Assembly (NCBI GenBank): GCA_934476455.1
Contig: CAKSNY010000005.1
Location: 31,455 to 95,454 of the forward strand
Origin: an uncultured Clostridia bacterium
GTDB taxonomy: Bacteria > Bacillota > Clostridia > UMGS1883
Direction: 5' to 3'
DNA length: 64,000 bases
How positions within the stretch are numbered: the stretch's first letter is position 1; each line of letters starts with the position of its first letter. The position numbers were made by a program, and so were the translations under genes. Below, piece by piece: positions 61,950 to 64,000 of this stretch. Under the pieces are notes generated by a model. It saw only the letters and a list, made by a program, of their open reading frames with translations. It searched no databases and was not told the origin of the DNA.

Positions 61950-61953
61950 AACA

Positions 61954-62027
61954 CAAGATGTTGACGCATCCCATCTTCTCAGAACTTTCGTTCTGTCATC
62001 AAGGATACGTCAACATCTTGTATTTTT
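61954..62027. terminator. Long nested hairpin between the convergent XRE and asnA genes (bidirectional terminator candidate).
   Basis: The outer arms are CAAGATGTTGACGCATCC and GGATACGTCAACATCTTG (18 bp, 1 mismatch). The inner hairpin is CAGAAC-TTTC-GTTCTG. An A-run lies before it and TATTTTT after it. Confidence 0.6.
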
Positions 62028-62057
62028 GAGTCGCATATTTAAGTTTTATAATACCTC

Positions 62058-63065
62058 TTACAGCAAAAAGATATTATGCTTATTGCAGATTTCGCGCATT
62101 TCCTCAGACCATACCGAAACCTGAACCTCCCCGATATGCGCCTTTCCAAGCATTTGCATACACAGGCGCGACTGCCCTATTCCGCCGCCGATTGTGAGCG
62201 GCAGTGTTTCCTCGTCAATCATTTTGTGATATTTGTACTTCATTCTGTCAAGGGAATTTGCCGCTTCAAGCTGGCGCCTTAAAGCATTTTTGTCTACCCT
62301 TATTCCCATAGATGAAATTTCAAACGCACGCTCCAGGCAATCGTTCCATACCAAAATGTCGCCGTTTAAGCTCCAGTCGTCGTAGTCGGGCGCTCTGCCG
62401 TCATGCTTCTGCCCGTTTGAGAGAACGTCCCCTATTTGCATTATAAACACGGTTCTGTGCTCACGCACGATGGCGTCCTCCCTCTCTTTCGGGGTAAAAT
62501 TCGGGTACATATTCAAAAGCTCCTGCGCTGTTACAAAAAACACCTCGCGCTCAATCGACTTTGTAAGCTGCGGAAATGTTGTATTAAGTATTTCCTGTGT
62601 ATCGGCGGCAGCCTTTACTATTTTTTTAACCGTTTTTTTAAGAAATTCCGCATTTCTTTCTTCACGGCTTATAACCCTTTCCCAATCCCACTGGTCTACA
62701 AATATAGAGTGGAGATTATCCATATCGTCATCACGGCGCACTGCGTTCATATCCGTGTATATTCCCTCGTCCGCACCGTAACCGTAGCGGTAGAGAGCCA
62801 TTCTTTTCCACTTTGCAAGCGACTGTACAATTTCAACCGTTTCGTCTCCGCCGCGAATGTCAAACTCTACCTTTCTTTCCGTACCGTTAAGGTCATCGTT
62901 TATACCGCTTGACTTTGTAACAACAACAGGCGCCGTTACACGGTCAAGATTAAGCTCCGAAGCAAGCATTTTCTGGAAATTGTCCTTAACCGTTTTTATT
63001 GCGCGCTGCGTGTCGCGCAGCGAAAGCCTTGATTCGTACCCGTCGGGTAAAATAAGATTACTCAT
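62058..63065 (-). CDS. asnA: Aspartate--ammonia ligase (asparagine synthetase A).
   Basis: 335 aa. It is collinear with E. coli AsnA motifs: VQSLAKWKR, FVDQWDWERV, RAPDYDDWSLNGDILVWN, EISSMGIRVD, TIGGGIGQSRL. Confidence 0.92.
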   Translation of the reverse strand: MSNLILPDGYESRLSLRDTQRAIKTVKDNFQKMLASELNLDRVTAPVVVTKSSGINDDLNGTERKVEFDIRGGDETVEIVQSLAKWKRMALYRYGYGADEGIYTDMNAVRRDDDMDNLHSIFVDQWDWERVISREERNAEFLKKTVKKIVKAAADTQEILNTTFPQLTKSIEREVFFVTAQELLNMYPNFTPKEREDAIVREHRTVFIMQIGDVLSNGQKHDGRAPDYDDWSLNGDILVWNDCLERAFEISSMGIRVDKNALRRQLEAANSLDRMKYKYHKMIDEETLPLTIGGGIGQSRLCMQMLGKAHIGEVQVSVWSEEMREICNKHNIFLL

Positions 63066-63172
63066 CTGTTATCATCCTTTAAAAACTTGACTTTAGAAAA
63101 TTTATAATATAATATTGTATAAGGTACGGTTTGTTTTGTCAACAGTTTTTAATATATTTTGAGGTTTTTTGT

Positions 63173-64000
63173 ATGCGGAATTTATCTTACGAATATGCGG
63201 CAGAAATAATAAAAAAACTTAACAGAGCGGGGTTTGAAGCATATTTTGTGGGCGGCTGTGTGCGCGATATGCTTTTAAAAAGAAAATGCAGCGATTTTGA
63301 CATAGCAACAAGCGCCGCGCCGCCGGATATAATACGCGCCGTAATGCCCGAAAAAGCATATCTTACCGGCGGGAAGCACGGCACCGTTACCGTGGTGCGC
63401 AATGCAGAGCATTGCGAGGTTACGCCGTACCGCGTTGACGGAAAGTACATAAACCACCGCAGCCCCGAAAACGTAACCTTTACACCGCTTTTGACAGAGG
63501 ATTTAAAACGGCGTGATTTTACAATAAATGCTATGGCTATGACGCCGGGCGGCGATATAACAGACCCTTTCGGGGGTATATCCGACATTAAAAACAAGCT
63601 TTTACGCTGCGTCGGAAATCCGAAAACGCGCTTTTGTGAGGACGCGCTGCGGATTTTGCGCGCACTGCGCTTTTCGGCAACGCTGGGCTTTGATATTGAA
63701 AGAAAAACCTGTGATGCCGTTTTTTCGGAAAAAGAGCTTATAAAAAAGCTTTCCCGCGAGAGAGTATTTTCAGAGCTTTCGCGCCTGATTTGCGGTGATT
63801 ACTGCGACGGGGTTATTGCAAAATTCAAAGGCATTTTGGCGTTGGCTCTTAATACGGATGAAAACGGTTTTTCGCCCTTACCCCTTTCACCGCTTAAAAA
63901 AAGCGTTTCTCTGCGGCTGGCAGCGCTTCTTTACGGCAATTCGGGCTATAAAAATATTTTAAGCACCCTCAGGTTAAGCAACAAACAAAAAAACGATACG
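63173..64000 (+). CDS. cca: CCA-adding tRNA nucleotidyltransferase, 5' partial (runs off the right edge).
   Basis: Hand translation from ATG 63173 gives MRNLSYEYAAEIIKKLNRAGFEAYFVGGCVRDMLLKRKCSDFDIATSA...LKRRDFTINAMAM...EDALRILRALRF. The frame stays open to 64000. It is not in the ORF track because there is no stop. Confidence 0.88.
   Translation, partial: MRNLSYEYAAEIIKKLNRAGFEAYFVGGCVRDMLLKRKCSDFDIATSAAPPDIIRAVMPEKAYLTGGKHGTVTVVRNAEHCEVTPYRVDGKYINHRSPENVTFTPLLTEDLKRRDFTINAMAMTPGGDITDPFGGISDIKNKLLRCVGNPKTRFCEDALRILRALRFSATLGFDIERKTCDAVFSEKELIKKLSRERVFSELSRLICGDYCDGVIAKFKGILALALNTDENGFSPLPLSPLKKSVSLRLAALLYGNSGYKNILSTLRLSNKQKNDT

Noticed and set aside
63066-63172. A possible T-box or riboswitch leader for asnA.
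   Set aside because: Only 107 bp separate the divergent asnA and cca starts. That is too short for a T-box, and no conserved leader motifs are seen.
63187-63597. A 136-aa minus-strand ORF.
   Set aside because: It is antisense to the clearly recognisable cca gene (GGCVRD, RRDFTINA, EDALRILRALRF on the plus strand). It is a shadow ORF.

Overview
This is a 64-kb window from a Gram-positive, spore-forming Firmicute that looks like a Clostridia member. The evidence is SLH-anchored surface proteins, yunB, ptsH, AGGAGG-type RBSs and genomically encoded CCA on the tRNAs. I cannot name the species by eye. All family calls come from motif recognition, not database searches.

Layout:
(A) 1-20.9 kb is an accessory polysaccharide-utilisation locus. 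It has a 4-gene minus-strand operon: GH105, an unassigned 1098-aa secreted enzyme-like protein, an 890-aa SLH protein, and a secreted LamG/Ig-repeat giant of more than 1427 aa that runs off the left edge. It also has an LplABC-type ABC importer without an ATPase gene, a YesS-like membrane AraC regulator, a decayed Gfo/Idh/MocA gene fragment, and a GH36-like + DMT operon. Four promoters in this locus share a bipartite operator-like motif.
(B) 20.9-28.7 kb is mobile DNA at tRNA-Lys(UUU). A truncated integrase remnant is followed by an apparently intact 6.9-kb Int/Xis element bounded by perfect 47-bp direct repeats. Its cargo is of unknown function and includes a serine-recombinase homolog with all catalytic residues substituted.
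(C) 28.6-36.3 kb is housekeeping: a five-tRNA operon, three M42 peptidase paralogs (one with all metal ligands substituted), murD, a flavoprotein, a ComEC-type MBL lipoprotein, ptsH and yunB.
(D) 36.4-60.4 kb is a second, related polysaccharide locus. It is a roughly 20.5-kb run of 10 co-directional genes: a CBM/Ig/SLH giant, a 943-aa SLH paralog, a second ABC importer, a 1018-aa surface protein, an SGNH esterase, a GHL6-like hydrolase and a beta-helix SLH protein. A divergent DMT gene is translationally coupled to a second YesS-like regulator.
(E) 60.4-64.0 kb holds an AT-rich islet (GT14 glycosyltransferase plus an XRE regulator), asnA and the 5' part of cca.

No CRISPR array, rRNA gene or transposase was seen. 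The most interesting candidates are the recurring SLH/LamG/CBM surface-protein apparatus present in both loci and the uncharacterised cargo of the tRNA-Lys element.
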